This document shows, piece by piece, positions 45,984-57,320 of a stretch of 64,000 nucleotides of DNA (position 1 is the first letter of the stretch; every line of letters starts with the position of its first letter). The notes beneath the pieces were generated by a model, which was given only the letters and a program-made list of their open reading frames with translations, made no database searches and had not been told where the DNA came from. The position numbers were made by a program, and so were the translations under genes. The stretch is from an uncultured delta proteobacterium (GTDB lineage Bacteria; Desulfobacterota; Binatia; DP-6): positions 150,590 to 214,589 of the forward strand of contig CAWFFN010000012.1 of the NCBI GenBank assembly GCA_963815115.1. The letters are read 5' to 3'.

Positions 45984-46799
45984 TCAGTCCCGCGCCCGCA
46001 CCGTGAAGTGCTCGCCGTTCCATCCCAGCTCGACACGGTCGGGCAGGATCCGGACCACCTCGACGCCGTCGCTCGACGACTCGCCTTCGTGCAACGTCTC
46101 GAGGCCGCGGTTCTCGATCGCGAGGGCGACGGTGCGACGTCCCGGAGCGGGCGAGTAGAGCAGGAAGCTCAGGCGCACCGCCGGCGCCCCGGCCGGCGGA
46201 CGCCGGACCGCCGGCGGCTCGAGGTGCGTGTACGTCGTGGCCGGCGCCTCGCGCGGCACGGCAACGTTCGCTGCTGGTGGCGGGGGAGGCAGCGGGGGCG
46301 CCACGGCCTGCGCCCACGGCCGCGGATCGGTTGGCGACGGGGCGGGCACGGGACGCGCCGCCGCGAGCGCGTCAGGCCGGGACGCGTCCTCGGCGGGAGG
46401 GGTCTCGGCGTGGGACGGAGCGGTCGCCGGAGCCTCGGCCTGCGGTGGCGAAGCACTCGCGTGCTCCGCCGGCGGGCTCTGCGGGGGCGCCGGCTCCGGC
46501 GGGACGGCCGGCTGCGCAGCGGTCGCGGCGGGCTCGGGGGGCGCCGGTGGCGGAGCGACGGCCTCGACCACCGGCTGCTTCGCGGCGGGCTCGGCGGGCG
46601 CCTGGACGACGGCGGGCCCGCTGCCGGGGCGCGCACGCAGGAGCATCAGCGCGAGAGCCGCACCGGCGGCGAAGGCGCAGCCGACGAGCACCACCCCGCG
46701 CCTGCGGCGCGGCACGGGCACGGCGGCGGTGGCCACCGGCTCGACGACCGGCGGCCGGCTGCGCTCGAGCTTCTCGAGCGCGTCGAGAATCGAGCTCAC
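45984..46799 (-). CDS. GspB/ExeB-like protein (Pro/Ala-rich)
   Basis: N-terminus VSSILDALEKLERSR matches the MSxILDALxKxE GspB signature. TM helix. GTG start overlapping the ExeA stop (GTGA). Only the C-terminal 271 codons of the 703-aa ORF are protein-like. Confidence 0.55.
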   Translation of the reverse strand: MSSILDALEKLERSRPPVVEPVATAAVPVPRRRRGVVLVGCAFAAGAALALMLLRARPGSGPAVVQAPAEPAAKQPVVEAVAPPPAPPEPAATAAQPAVPPEPAPPQSPPAEHASASPPQAEAPATAPSHAETPPAEDASRPDALAAARPVPAPSPTDPRPWAQAVAPPLPPPPPAANVAVPREAPATTYTHLEPPAVRRPPAGAPAVRLSFLLYSPAPGRRTVALAIENRGLETLHEGESSSDGVEVVRILPDRVELGWNGEHFTVRARD

Positions 46800-48730
46800 G
46801 AGGAGTCTCCGATGACCTCGGAGAGCGTGGGACGCGGATAGCCGCCGGCGGCCGCGTACAGCGCGACTCGCGTCAGCCGCCCGACGATGCCGTCGGCGCT
46901 GACGTAGCGCGAGCGCTGGAAGTCGAGCACGGCGGACGCCGTGGCGGCGTCGTATTGTCCGCTCTCCTCTCCGCCGTACGCCCCGATTCGCTTGAGGAGG
47001 ACCTGCAGGCGGGTCACGCGGGCACCCCGCGCGTGTGCGCTGAGCGTGCCGGGGCCGAGCGCCTCGAAGTCGCGCGAGAAGACGTGCGCCTGGCCGTACC
47101 ACGCCCGCTCGAGCAGCTCCTGGCTCACCGCCACCGCCGGGCCGTCGCCGGCTGCCACCAGGGGCGCGCCGTCGCGCAGCCCGACCAGGGCAGCGTAGCG
47201 GGGTCCGCTGGTGCCGGGGAGCTGCAGCTCCAGCACCGCCGGCACGTCGAGCAGACGGAGCATGGCCGTGTTGCCTCTCAGCGCGAGGTGCTCGAGCCCG
47301 CGACGTTCGGCGATGTGCGCGAAATCGTCGGGCATGGTCGCCTCGTCGGCGGAGAGCGAAGGCACCTGCCACGCGTGCAGCACGATGTCCAGCGCGGCAC
47401 GCGCGCTGGCGGCCGAGTCGAGCGAGGCCAGCCGATGCTCGATCTCCTTCGTCGTGTCGGCCGAGGGGGGCGGTGGCGCGGCTTCGTGTGCAGCGACCGG
47501 CGCGATGTCCGGTGGGGGTGGCGCGGGCGGTCGCTCCTCGGCCGGGGATTGTTCGGTGGGGGGCGACGACCGGGAATCGTCGGCCGGCGGATCCGCCGCG
47601 GGCGCAGAGGCGGCCGCCACCTCGGTTGCGGGCGGATCGCCGTCGGACGGCGGCGTGGGCGCCGCGGCGACCGCGGGAGCTTCGGGGGGCGCCGCGGCGA
47701 CCGCCGCCGGCACCTCGGGTGCGGCGCTCGTTGCCGCTGGCGGCTCGGGCACCGTTCCCGCACCGGGTGGCGGCGCATCGGGCGTCGCCGCCTGCGGCAC
47801 GATCGGCCGGAACAGCGGCGCGACGCCGAACGTCCCCACCGCCGCGAGCCCCACCACGCCGACCGCGAGCGCGGCATTCGTCCACACCGCACGGGGCGCA
47901 GGCGCCGGGCGGCCCGGCAGCGGAAGAGTCGTCACCTCGCGGTAGGCGCGCCTGACCGACCGCAGGGTCACGGTCCGCCGCTCGGCCGCGAACGCGGCCA
48001 GCATGGCCCGGTGGCAGAGCATGTTGATGAGGCGCGGAACGCCGCGCGACCGGGCGTGGATGGCGCGCAGGGCCGGACGGGAGAAGACGTCGCACACCTG
48101 GCCCTCGCTGGCGATCTCCAGCCGGTGGCGGACGTAGGCCATCGTTTCCTGGCGATCGAGCGGACCGATGTGCCAGCGCAAGGTGATGCGCTGGTTCAGC
48201 TGCGCCAGCTCGGGGTGCGCCAGCAACGCGCGCAGCTGCGGCTGTCCCACCAGGATGATGCGCAGGAGCTTCTCCGTGGTGGTCTCGAGGTTCGAGAGGA
48301 GCCGCAGGTGCTCCAGCACCTCCATCGACAGCGCCTGGGCCTCGTCGACCACGACCACTGCCCGGCCGCCCGCTTCCCGCTGGTTCAGCAGATGACGGTT
48401 CAGGTGATCGATGAGGTCCTTCTTGCTCGTCCGCCGCGCCGGCAGCCCGAACTCGGTGTTGATCGTCTGGAGCAGCTCGAGCGGGGAGATCGTCGGGTTC
48501 ACGACGTATGCCACGCTCGACTCGGGCGCGAGCTCGCCGAGGAAGTGCCGGAGCACGGTCGTCTTCCCGGTGCCCACGTCGCCCGTGATGCAGACGAAGC
48601 CGCTCGACTCCGACAACCCCAGCCGGAGGTGCGCCAGCGCGTCGGCGTGCTTGCGCGAGAGGAAAAGATACCGGGGGTCCGGCGTCAGCCGGAAGGGTGC
48701 ATCCACCAGCCCGAAGAACCGCTCGTACAT
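46796..48730 (-). CDS. ExeA/GspA-like AAA ATPase with C-terminal peptidoglycan-binding domain
   Basis: MYERFFGLVDAPF...GDVGTGKTT N-terminus typical of ExeA/MshM. C-terminal PG_binding_1-like DAATASAVLDFQRSRYVSADGIVG. Confidence 0.75.
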   Translation of the reverse strand: MYERFFGLVDAPFRLTPDPRYLFLSRKHADALAHLRLGLSESSGFVCITGDVGTGKTTVLRHFLGELAPESSVAYVVNPTISPLELLQTINTEFGLPARRTSKKDLIDHLNRHLLNQREAGGRAVVVVDEAQALSMEVLEHLRLLSNLETTTEKLLRIILVGQPQLRALLAHPELAQLNQRITLRWHIGPLDRQETMAYVRHRLEIASEGQVCDVFSRPALRAIHARSRGVPRLINMLCHRAMLAAFAAERRTVTLRSVRRAYREVTTLPLPGRPAPAPRAVWTNAALAVGVVGLAAVGTFGVAPLFRPIVPQAATPDAPPPGAGTVPEPPAATSAAPEVPAAVAAAPPEAPAVAAAPTPPSDGDPPATEVAAASAPAADPPADDSRSSPPTEQSPAEERPPAPPPPDIAPVAAHEAAPPPPSADTTKEIEHRLASLDSAASARAALDIVLHAWQVPSLSADEATMPDDFAHIAERRGLEHLALRGNTAMLRLLDVPAVLELQLPGTSGPRYAALVGLRDGAPLVAAGDGPAVAVSQELLERAWYGQAHVFSRDFEALGPGTLSAHARGARVTRLQVLLKRIGAYGGEESGQYDAATASAVLDFQRSRYVSADGIVGRLTRVALYAAAGGYPRPTLSEVIGDSS

Positions 48731-48784
48731 CCCCGCCGACTGGTTCCTAGCACCGACGGGTCCGGGCCGCCACCGCGGCACGCG

Positions 48785-50026
48785 TCACGCGGCACGCCGC
48801 GCGACCTCCGCGAATGCCTGGTCGGTCACCTCCAGCACCCGGCCGACGTCCTCGTCGGTCAGCGCAGCGGACAGGAACCAGTTGTGATGGGGATGCAGGT
48901 AGACGCCGCGCGCGCAGCAGGCGGCGGCGAAGGCGCGGCTGCGCTCGAAGGAGCCCTGGTCGGCGACGAAGGTCAGGAACGGCAGGGCGGGTGGTCCCGT
49001 GTAGCGCACGGCCGTGCCGTGCGCCGCGGCCTGGCGCTCCATTCCGTCGCGCAGCCGCGTGCCGAGGCGTGCCATGCGGGGAATCGCGTCGCTGGCCTCC
49101 AGCTCCGCCAGGCAGGCGAGCGCGGCCGCCATCTCGACCGGGCCCGTCCAGTACGAGCCGGTGAAGAAGACCTTCTCGGCCGGGCGGCGCAGCGCATCGC
49201 GGCCGAGCGCGGCGGCGATCGGATAGCCGTTGCCGAGCGCCTTGCAGTAGCAGGTCAGGTCGGGCTGGACGCCCATGGCCTCGCCCGATCCCCGCAGATC
49301 GAGCCGGAAGCCGGCGCGCACGTCGTCCAGGATGAGCACCGCTCCGAGGCGGTCGCAGCGCCCGCGCAGGCCGGCGAGGAAGCCGGGGACGGGCAGCTCC
49401 TGGTCGTGGAACGCGTCGTGCCGGAAGGGCGACACCATGATGGCCGCCACGTCGCCGTCGTGGGCGTCGAGCGCGGCGTCGACGCTGCCGAGGTCGTTGT
49501 AGCGAAAGTGCGCGACGTGCGCGCGGTCCTCGTCCATCACGCCGGCGGGCATCGGAGAGCACCAGGGGTGGGTGCCGTGGTACGCGCCCTCGGCGGTGAG
49601 GACCTTGCGCCGCCCGGTGGCCGCACGCGCAACCTGGGTCGCCCACGTGCAGATGTCGGACCCGTTCTTGGCGAACACCGCCCACGCCGCCCACGGGGTG
49701 AGCGACACCAGACGCTCTGCCAGCTCGACCCACGCCGCCCCGGGGCCGTTGAAGCATCGGCCCGCCTCCTCCTGACGGCGTGCCGCCTCGTCGACCCGCG
49801 GGTGGTTGTGGCCGAGAACGATGGGGCCGTACGAGCACATCAGGTCGAGATACTCGTTGCCGTCGACGTCCCAGATGCGCGCGCCCGCGCCGCGCGCGAA
49901 GAAGTAGGGATAGGCCTCGGGGACCAGCATGCGCGGCGACTGGTGCCCGTAGATGCCGCCGGGCACGACGCGCAGCGCGCGCTCGAACAGGGCCCGGCTG
50001 TGGCGATGACGGCCGGGCTCGGTCAT
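48785..50026 (-). CDS. Class-III (PLP-dependent) aminotransferase, glutamate-1-semialdehyde aminomutase-like
   Basis: Class-III aminotransferase pattern with the PLP-lysine region YCKALGNGYPIAAALG. Confidence 0.8.
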   Translation of the reverse strand: MTEPGRHRHSRALFERALRVVPGGIYGHQSPRMLVPEAYPYFFARGAGARIWDVDGNEYLDLMCSYGPIVLGHNHPRVDEAARRQEEAGRCFNGPGAAWVELAERLVSLTPWAAWAVFAKNGSDICTWATQVARAATGRRKVLTAEGAYHGTHPWCSPMPAGVMDEDRAHVAHFRYNDLGSVDAALDAHDGDVAAIMVSPFRHDAFHDQELPVPGFLAGLRGRCDRLGAVLILDDVRAGFRLDLRGSGEAMGVQPDLTCYCKALGNGYPIAAALGRDALRRPAEKVFFTGSYWTGPVEMAAALACLAELEASDAIPRMARLGTRLRDGMERQAAAHGTAVRYTGPPALPFLTFVADQGSFERSRAFAAACCARGVYLHPHHNWFLSAALTDEDVGRVLEVTDQAFAEVARRAA

Positions 50027-50865
50027 GCCGGCGCCACGAGGTGGCGATCGAGAAAGGCGTCCATGGCCGCGTTCGCCCGCCGGTTCGCGTCGCCGCGCCA
50101 GTCGACCTGGAAGGCGTGCGGCGCGCCCTCGAGCAACAGGAGCTCGCTCGACTTGCCGGCGGCCTCCAGGGCGGCGTGCATGCGCTCCGACTCGTGCCAG
50201 GAGACGAGCGCGTCGGCGGTGCCGTGGATGAGCAGCACGGGCGCCGTCGCGTGCGCGGCGTGGGCAACGGGCGAGGCCACGCGCGTCCAGTCCGGATCCT
50301 CGACTCGCAGGCCGAGGAACGCGTCCACCATGCCGGAGCGCCGGCGGCCGAGATCGTAGGGACCGTAGTGCGCGACGACCGCCCGCACCGTCTCGGGCAC
50401 GTCACGCAGCTCCGGCGGGAGGTCCGGTGTGAGCTGGAGGATCTCCCTCGCCAGGTGCGCGAGCATGACGAGGTGCGCGCCGGCCGACAGGCCGATGAGC
50501 GCCAGCCGGTCGGGGTCGACGCCGAGCTGCCCGGCATGCGCTCGGACCCAGCGCAGCCCCCGCCGCACGTCGTCGAGCGGCGCGGGAAAGCGATGTGCCG
50601 GTGCGAGCCTGTAGGAGATGGCGATGGTCGCGATGCCGTGCCGCGCCAGGTGGAGCGCATTGCCGGCGGCCTGGCTGGGATCGCCCCGCATCCATCCCCC
50701 TCCGTGGACGAACACCACGGCCGGGACGGGGCCGGTCACCTCGAGAGGGCGATAGTGGTCGTAGCGCAGGGGGACGCCGTCCACCTCGGCGTAGACGACG
50801 TCGGTGGTCAGCTCGTGCACCGGCGAGCGCAGCGGGATTCCCGGAACCTGGCGCGGAAAGGTCAT
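50023..50865 (-). CDS. Alpha/beta hydrolase (esterase/lipase, HSL-like fold-3)
   Basis: HGGGW oxyanion motif and GLSAGAHL nucleophile elbow. 4-nt overlap with the aminotransferase start. Confidence 0.7.
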   Translation of the reverse strand: MTFPRQVPGIPLRSPVHELTTDVVYAEVDGVPLRYDHYRPLEVTGPVPAVVFVHGGGWMRGDPSQAAGNALHLARHGIATIAISYRLAPAHRFPAPLDDVRRGLRWVRAHAGQLGVDPDRLALIGLSAGAHLVMLAHLAREILQLTPDLPPELRDVPETVRAVVAHYGPYDLGRRRSGMVDAFLGLRVEDPDWTRVASPVAHAAHATAPVLLIHGTADALVSWHESERMHAALEAAGKSSELLLLEGAPHAFQVDWRGDANRRANAAMDAFLDRHLVAPA

Positions 50866-50879
50866 GCGGGAGGGCCTAG

Positions 50880-52320
<1,441 letters not shown>

Positions 52321-52332
52321 GGCGCGAGCTTC

Positions 52333-53823
52333 CTACGAGGCCATTCTCGCCAGCGCGTCTTCCCGAGGCACGTGCCGGAAAGCCTGCTCGGGTCCCATTC
52401 CCGCGAGCACCCGCGCCAGCATCGGGAGCGACCGCAGCACCAGCTCCGGATCGCGCGCCAGGCGCTCGGGGGGCTCGAGCATGTGAAACACGCGCAGCAG
52501 CCCGCGGAATACGACCGGGTCGACGCGCGTCGCCGGCAGCATGGCACGGTCGAGGAACCAGCCGAACGCCTGCTCCGCCATCACGGTCAGGTAGGCGAGC
52601 GCGTTGCCGGGTGGCGTGGCCGGAGCCTCACCCCGCGCACGCCGGTCGGCGGCGATCGCCGCGTCCACGAACGGCCGCACCTGGGTCTCGCTCAGGCGAT
52701 GCAGCAGGCACGCGGCGGCGACGGGATCGCGCGGATGCCGTCCGACGGCTTCGTCGAGGAGCGTGGCCTGGACCATCGCCTGGGAGCAGCCTCGGCCGTA
52801 GATCGGGTTCGAGTGGTACGCGGCGTCGCCGATCACGAGCAGGCCCGGCGCCACCGGGCCGTCGGCATCGACGAAGCGGCGCAGCCGGTTGCGCAGCTGT
52901 CCCATGACGAGGACCGGAGTGCCCGCGCCGCCGATCGGCGCCGACACTCCGCGCGCGCGCCAGGGCGCGATCTGCGGAAACGCGGTCACGAAGCGCTCGA
53001 AGCGTCGCGGGTCGGCGAGCTCCTTCAGCCCCGCGTCGTCGACCGGTGCTCCGACCGTGATCGAGAAGGTGTCGGCGTCGCCCGGGAAGACCGCGATCTT
53101 CACCCAGCCCAGGTCTCCGGCGACCAGACCCGTCGTGCCGCGCGGCACGCGGCCGCGCCGGAGCCGATAGAAGCGCGTGTAGTAGAAGATGCCGGTGTCC
53201 TGGCTGCGCTCGCGGGGCGACGGCGCGCCGAGGGCGGTGACCCACGTCGGCACCGGCGAGCGCCGGCCGAGGGCGTCGACCACGAGCGCGGCGGCGAGCT
53301 CGCTCCCGTCGGCCAGCCGCACGCCGCGCACCCATGGACGGCCGCCATCGCGGCTTTCGCCCACGAGTCCGGTGACGGTGACGCCCTCGCGCAGCTCCAC
53401 GCCGGGCTGGGCGAGCACGCTCGCGCACAGCGCCCACTCGAAGGTCGTCCGCCGGCACGCGAGGAGGACGACGTCCTCATCGGCGGGCTCCGGCCGGAAT
53501 CCCATCTCCGGCGGCGCCATGTCCGCCAGCGCGATCTCGCGCACCCCGCTCGCGCGCAGCCGATCCAGCACGTCCGGAAGATGAGCGAGCAGCACCAGCC
53601 GGAGCCGCGCCAGGAAGGCGTGCGAATGGCGAAGCTGTGGCACGCCACCGCGCCGCCACGTGGTGAAGGCCTCCTCGGCCGTCGTCACGTCGCCGCGGAG
53701 ATCGCGCTCGAGGACGATGACGCGCGGGAAGTGGCGCGCGAGCAGGCGGGCGGCGGTCAGGCCGGCAATCCCGCCGCCGAGGACGATCGCGGGCGCGGAC
53801 GGAACGGGCTCGAGGCTGGACAT
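52333..53823 (-). CDS. FAD-dependent oxidoreductase
   Basis: N-terminal GxGxxG: IVLGGGIAGLTAARLLA. Confidence 0.65.
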   Translation of the reverse strand: MSSLEPVPSAPAIVLGGGIAGLTAARLLARHFPRVIVLERDLRGDVTTAEEAFTTWRRGGVPQLRHSHAFLARLRLVLLAHLPDVLDRLRASGVREIALADMAPPEMGFRPEPADEDVVLLACRRTTFEWALCASVLAQPGVELREGVTVTGLVGESRDGGRPWVRGVRLADGSELAAALVVDALGRRSPVPTWVTALGAPSPRERSQDTGIFYYTRFYRLRRGRVPRGTTGLVAGDLGWVKIAVFPGDADTFSITVGAPVDDAGLKELADPRRFERFVTAFPQIAPWRARGVSAPIGGAGTPVLVMGQLRNRLRRFVDADGPVAPGLLVIGDAAYHSNPIYGRGCSQAMVQATLLDEAVGRHPRDPVAAACLLHRLSETQVRPFVDAAIAADRRARGEAPATPPGNALAYLTVMAEQAFGWFLDRAMLPATRVDPVVFRGLLRVFHMLEPPERLARDPELVLRSLPMLARVLAGMGPEQAFRHVPREDALARMAS

Positions 53824-53911
53824 TCCATCGAGTGATACGCGATCGCCCGGGCCCTGTCGCCCCCTGCGCGGCTTGAACGTGCCTGGCCCGTGCGCTTTGC
53901 TTCATGCGCGA

Positions 53912-54739
53912 ATGCCGAGCGTCCACGCCAAGAGCTTCGACCGGGTTGCGCACTGCTATGACGCCACGCGCGCGATGCCCGATGCCGCGCACGCCGGGGT
54001 CACGGCTGGCCTGGCGCGAGCGCTGCGCGCCGTCAGCCCGGCGCCGAGGCTGCTCGAGATCGGCGTCGGCACGGGCCGGATCGCCGTCCCGCTGGCCCGC
54101 AGCGGCGTCGACGTCGTCGGTATCGACGTCGCCCCCGAGATGCTCGCCCGCTTGCGCGCCCGACGGCCGGAGCTGCCGGTTCTGATCGCCGAGGCTGCAC
54201 GGCCGCCCTTTCGCGAGGCGAGCTTCGACGGGGTTCTCCTCGTGCACGTGCTGCACCTCCTGCCGGATCCCGAGCGAGCGTTGCACGCCGCCAGCGACCT
54301 GCTGCGCCCGCACGGCGTGATGCTCTACGGGCGCGAGGAGCGCGGCACGAGCCCGTTGCGCGGGGTCGCGGCGATCGTGCGAGCCATCGTGGCGGAGCTC
54401 TCCGGCGTCGACCTGCCGTCGCTGGGGTGGAACGAGCGCGCCATCGCCGCGTTCCGCGCACACGCCCGCGCGCGGGGCGCCGACCCGGCGGAATCGGTGC
54501 TGGCCCGCTGGCCGGAGCAGGCGACCGGCCGCAGCCTCCTCGACCACATTGCCGGGCGTATCTGGTCGAGCACCTGGGACATCCCGGATGCGGTGATGCC
54601 GGAGCTGTTGCGCCGGCTGGCGCCGCGCGTCGAGGCCCTCGTCGGCGACCTCGATCGTCCGCTGGAGTGGGAGACCACTTTCGTGCTGCTGGCGAGCCGG
54701 CCGGGAGCGCGAGTCGACCGGCCGCCCGGGCCGCGATAG
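53912..54739 (+). CDS. Class I SAM-dependent methyltransferase
   Basis: LLEIGVGTGRIAVPLA motif I, and IDVAPEML. Confidence 0.75.
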   Translation: MPSVHAKSFDRVAHCYDATRAMPDAAHAGVTAGLARALRAVSPAPRLLEIGVGTGRIAVPLARSGVDVVGIDVAPEMLARLRARRPELPVLIAEAARPPFREASFDGVLLVHVLHLLPDPERALHAASDLLRPHGVMLYGREERGTSPLRGVAAIVRAIVAELSGVDLPSLGWNERAIAAFRAHARARGADPAESVLARWPEQATGRSLLDHIAGRIWSSTWDIPDAVMPELLRRLAPRVEALVGDLDRPLEWETTFVLLASRPGARVDRPPGPR

Positions 54740-54751
54740 GCGGTGCCGCCG

Positions 54752-55426
54752 ATGGCGCGGAAGCCTCGCGAAGCGAGCGTGGAACGGTGGACGGTGCTCC
54801 ACTTCCCTGCCCTGGCGCGGGTCATCGTCGCCGCTATCCTGGGTCTGACCGCCTTCTGGTTCGCGTCGAGCCGGATGCAGATGGGGCTCGCGTTCCTCGT
54901 CGGATGGGACACCATCGCGGCGAGCGTCCTCCTGGCGGTGTGGCCGGTGATCGTGAGGCTCGACTGCGCACAGACGAGGGCGCTCTCCACGCGCGAAGAC
55001 GAGACTCGCGCCACGGCCGGACTGCTCGAGGTCGGCGCCTCCACCGTCAGTCTCGTGGGCGTGTTCTATGCGCTCGGGCAGGCGAGCCAGCTCCACGGCG
55101 TCGAGCGCATCGTGATGACGACGGCGGCCATGATCACGATCGTACTGTCGTGGCTGCTGGTCAGCACGGTGTTCATGCTGCGCTACGCCCACCTGCACTT
55201 CATGTCGAAGGTCGGAGGTCTGGATTTCCACGGCGACACGCCGCCCGACTATCTCGACTTCGCCTACCTGGCCTTCACCGTCGGCATGACCTACCAGGTC
55301 TCGGACACCGAGGTGCGCGACCCTGCCATCCGCCGTGCGGTGCTGCGGCAGGCGCTGATCTCCTACCTCTTCGGCGCGGTCATCATCGCGGCGACGATCA
55401 ACGTCGTGGCCGGCTTCGTGCACTAG
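54752..55426 (+). CDS. DUF1345-like integral membrane protein
   Basis: Polytopic hydrophobic profile. Conserved YLAFTVGMTYQVSDT segment. Confidence 0.6.
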   Translation: MARKPREASVERWTVLHFPALARVIVAAILGLTAFWFASSRMQMGLAFLVGWDTIAASVLLAVWPVIVRLDCAQTRALSTREDETRATAGLLEVGASTVSLVGVFYALGQASQLHGVERIVMTTAAMITIVLSWLLVSTVFMLRYAHLHFMSKVGGLDFHGDTPPDYLDFAYLAFTVGMTYQVSDTEVRDPAIRRAVLRQALISYLFGAVIIAATINVVAGFVH

Positions 55427-55971
55427 GCTGGTCGGATCTTCCCCGGAAATCCCTCGGCGAGGGCGCGCTCGGTGATCCGCATGACGAACCCCGTCTTCGC
55501 GTCCGCGTACGCCTGCCGCGAGTCGAAGGTCGCCGCGCTGTACGATGGCGCAAGTTCGCGCTTGAGCTCCTCGTACTCGCGGGCCACCTCGGAATGCGCC
55601 CGCAGGTAGTCCCGAAACGCCAGGGTCCGACGCTCCTCCGTCCCTCCCGATTCGACGACGTGCACGTGGTGGGTGTGGGGCCATGCGGCGGGCCGGTGGA
55701 AGAGGACGCAGAAGGAATCGTCCGGATGCGGCACGTGGACGTAGCCGAGCTGCACGATGCGGACCCGGTACGGTTCGAGAGGTTGCACCCGACGAACGGA
55801 AACCTGGATGTCGATGACGGGTTTCGCGGCGAGGCCGGGGACCGAGGTGGAGCCGTTGTGGTCGATGCGGATCGCGAGATCGCCCATCGCAGCCGCGAGC
55901 CGGTCACGCTCCGCGGAGAACGCCTCCGGCCACGCCGGATCGTACGGCACGATCTCCAGGGCTCCGGCCAT
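55423..55971 (-). CDS. GrpB-family protein (nucleotidyltransferase-fold)
   Basis: IVPYDPAWPEAF...IDHNGSTSVPGLAAKPVIDIQV is the GrpB signature. Confidence 0.75.
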   Translation of the reverse strand: MAGALEIVPYDPAWPEAFSAERDRLAAAMGDLAIRIDHNGSTSVPGLAAKPVIDIQVSVRRVQPLEPYRVRIVQLGYVHVPHPDDSFCVLFHRPAAWPHTHHVHVVESGGTEERRTLAFRDYLRAHSEVAREYEELKRELAPSYSAATFDSRQAYADAKTGFVMRITERALAEGFPGKIRPA

Positions 55972-56019
55972 GTGATGCTCGCGCTACCGCCCGTGCTCGA
56001 CCGCTCGCGGCGGCTCCGG

Positions 56020-57231
56020 CTACGAGATCGCGCCCGTCGCTTTGAGCTCGGCCATCTGCTCCCAGGTGAGCCCCAGCGACAGCAGCACCTCCTCGGTGTG
56101 CTGCGCCGCCTCGGGCGCCGGCCGCAGCGTCGGCGGCGTCTCGTCGAACTGCACCGGGCTGGCGACGAGCGTGAACGTCGTGCCGTCGCCGCGATCGACC
56201 TCCGGCAGGTAGCCGTTGGCGATCGCCTGCGGGTCGCTGCCGACCTCGCGCGCGCTCTGCATCGGCGCCCACACGCCTTCCACCTCCGCCAGCGTCTCGC
56301 GCCATTCCGCCAGCGTGCGCGCGGCGAAGGTCCCCGCCAGCTCCTGCACGCACTCCTTGCGGTTCATGAAGCGGGCCATGCCGCTCTCGTAGCGCTCGTC
56401 CGTGACGAGGTCCTCGCGGCCGATGTGGCGGCACAGGTCGGGCCAGAAGCGATCCGGCTGCAGCATGTTCAGGAAGAGCCAGCGCCCATCCTTGGTGCGG
56501 TAGCTGTTGACGATCGGGTTCGGCGACTCGGTGCGGTCGAACGCCGGCATCTCCTGCTCGGTGAGCCGTGTCATCACGATGTCGGGCGCGAGGATCCACA
56601 TCGCGGTGCCGAGCAGCGAGACGTCGATCAGCGACGCCTCGCCGGTGCGTTCGCGGCGGAAGAGGGCTGCGGCGATGCCGCCCGCGACCGTCATGCCGCC
56701 CGCCGAGTCACCGAACGCGGCCCGCTGCATGATCGGCGCGACGGCTCCCGGTGGGGTCAGGGCGTGGGCGATGCCGCCCCGTGACCAGAACGACGCGGCG
56801 TCGTAGCCGCCCTTCTCCGCGTCGGGCCCGCGCGCGCCCTGGCCGTGACCGCGCACGTAGATGATGCGCGGGTTCACCGCGCGGATGTCCTCGAGCTCGA
56901 TGCGAAGCTTCCGTCGCGCCGACGGCAGGAAGCTGGTGAGGAAGACGTCCGCCGTTTCCACGAGCCGGAGCAACGTCTCGCGCCCCGCCGGATTCGCGAG
57001 GTCGATCCCGACGCTGCGCTTGCCGCGGTTCGACTGCTCCATCATGAAGTTGACGCTGCCGGTCGGCGGAAAGAAGCCCGAGGTGACGAGACCGCGCAGC
57101 GGGTCGCCCGTCACCGGATGCTCGATCTTGATGACGTCGGCTCCCCAGTCGGCGAGCACCGCTCCGGCCGACGGGACGAACCACCACTGGGCGACCTCGA
57201 CGACGCGGATGCCAGTCAGGACCTGCTCCAT
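56020..57231 (-). CDS. CoA-transferase family III (CaiB/BaiF)
   Basis: LTGIRVVEVAQWWFVPSAGAVLADWGADVIKIE N-terminus typical of family III CoA transferases. Confidence 0.8.
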   Translation of the reverse strand: MEQVLTGIRVVEVAQWWFVPSAGAVLADWGADVIKIEHPVTGDPLRGLVTSGFFPPTGSVNFMMEQSNRGKRSVGIDLANPAGRETLLRLVETADVFLTSFLPSARRKLRIELEDIRAVNPRIIYVRGHGQGARGPDAEKGGYDAASFWSRGGIAHALTPPGAVAPIMQRAAFGDSAGGMTVAGGIAAALFRRERTGEASLIDVSLLGTAMWILAPDIVMTRLTEQEMPAFDRTESPNPIVNSYRTKDGRWLFLNMLQPDRFWPDLCRHIGREDLVTDERYESGMARFMNRKECVQELAGTFAARTLAEWRETLAEVEGVWAPMQSAREVGSDPQAIANGYLPEVDRGDGTTFTLVASPVQFDETPPTLRPAPEAAQHTEEVLLSLGLTWEQMAELKATGAIS

Positions 57232-57320
57232 GCCAGACAGTCGCTACCACGCCCGATCGGCCACAGGCCAGCGTTGCATGATGGCGAAGAACCGCCGACT
57301 CGTGCTAGCCAGACGGCCGC

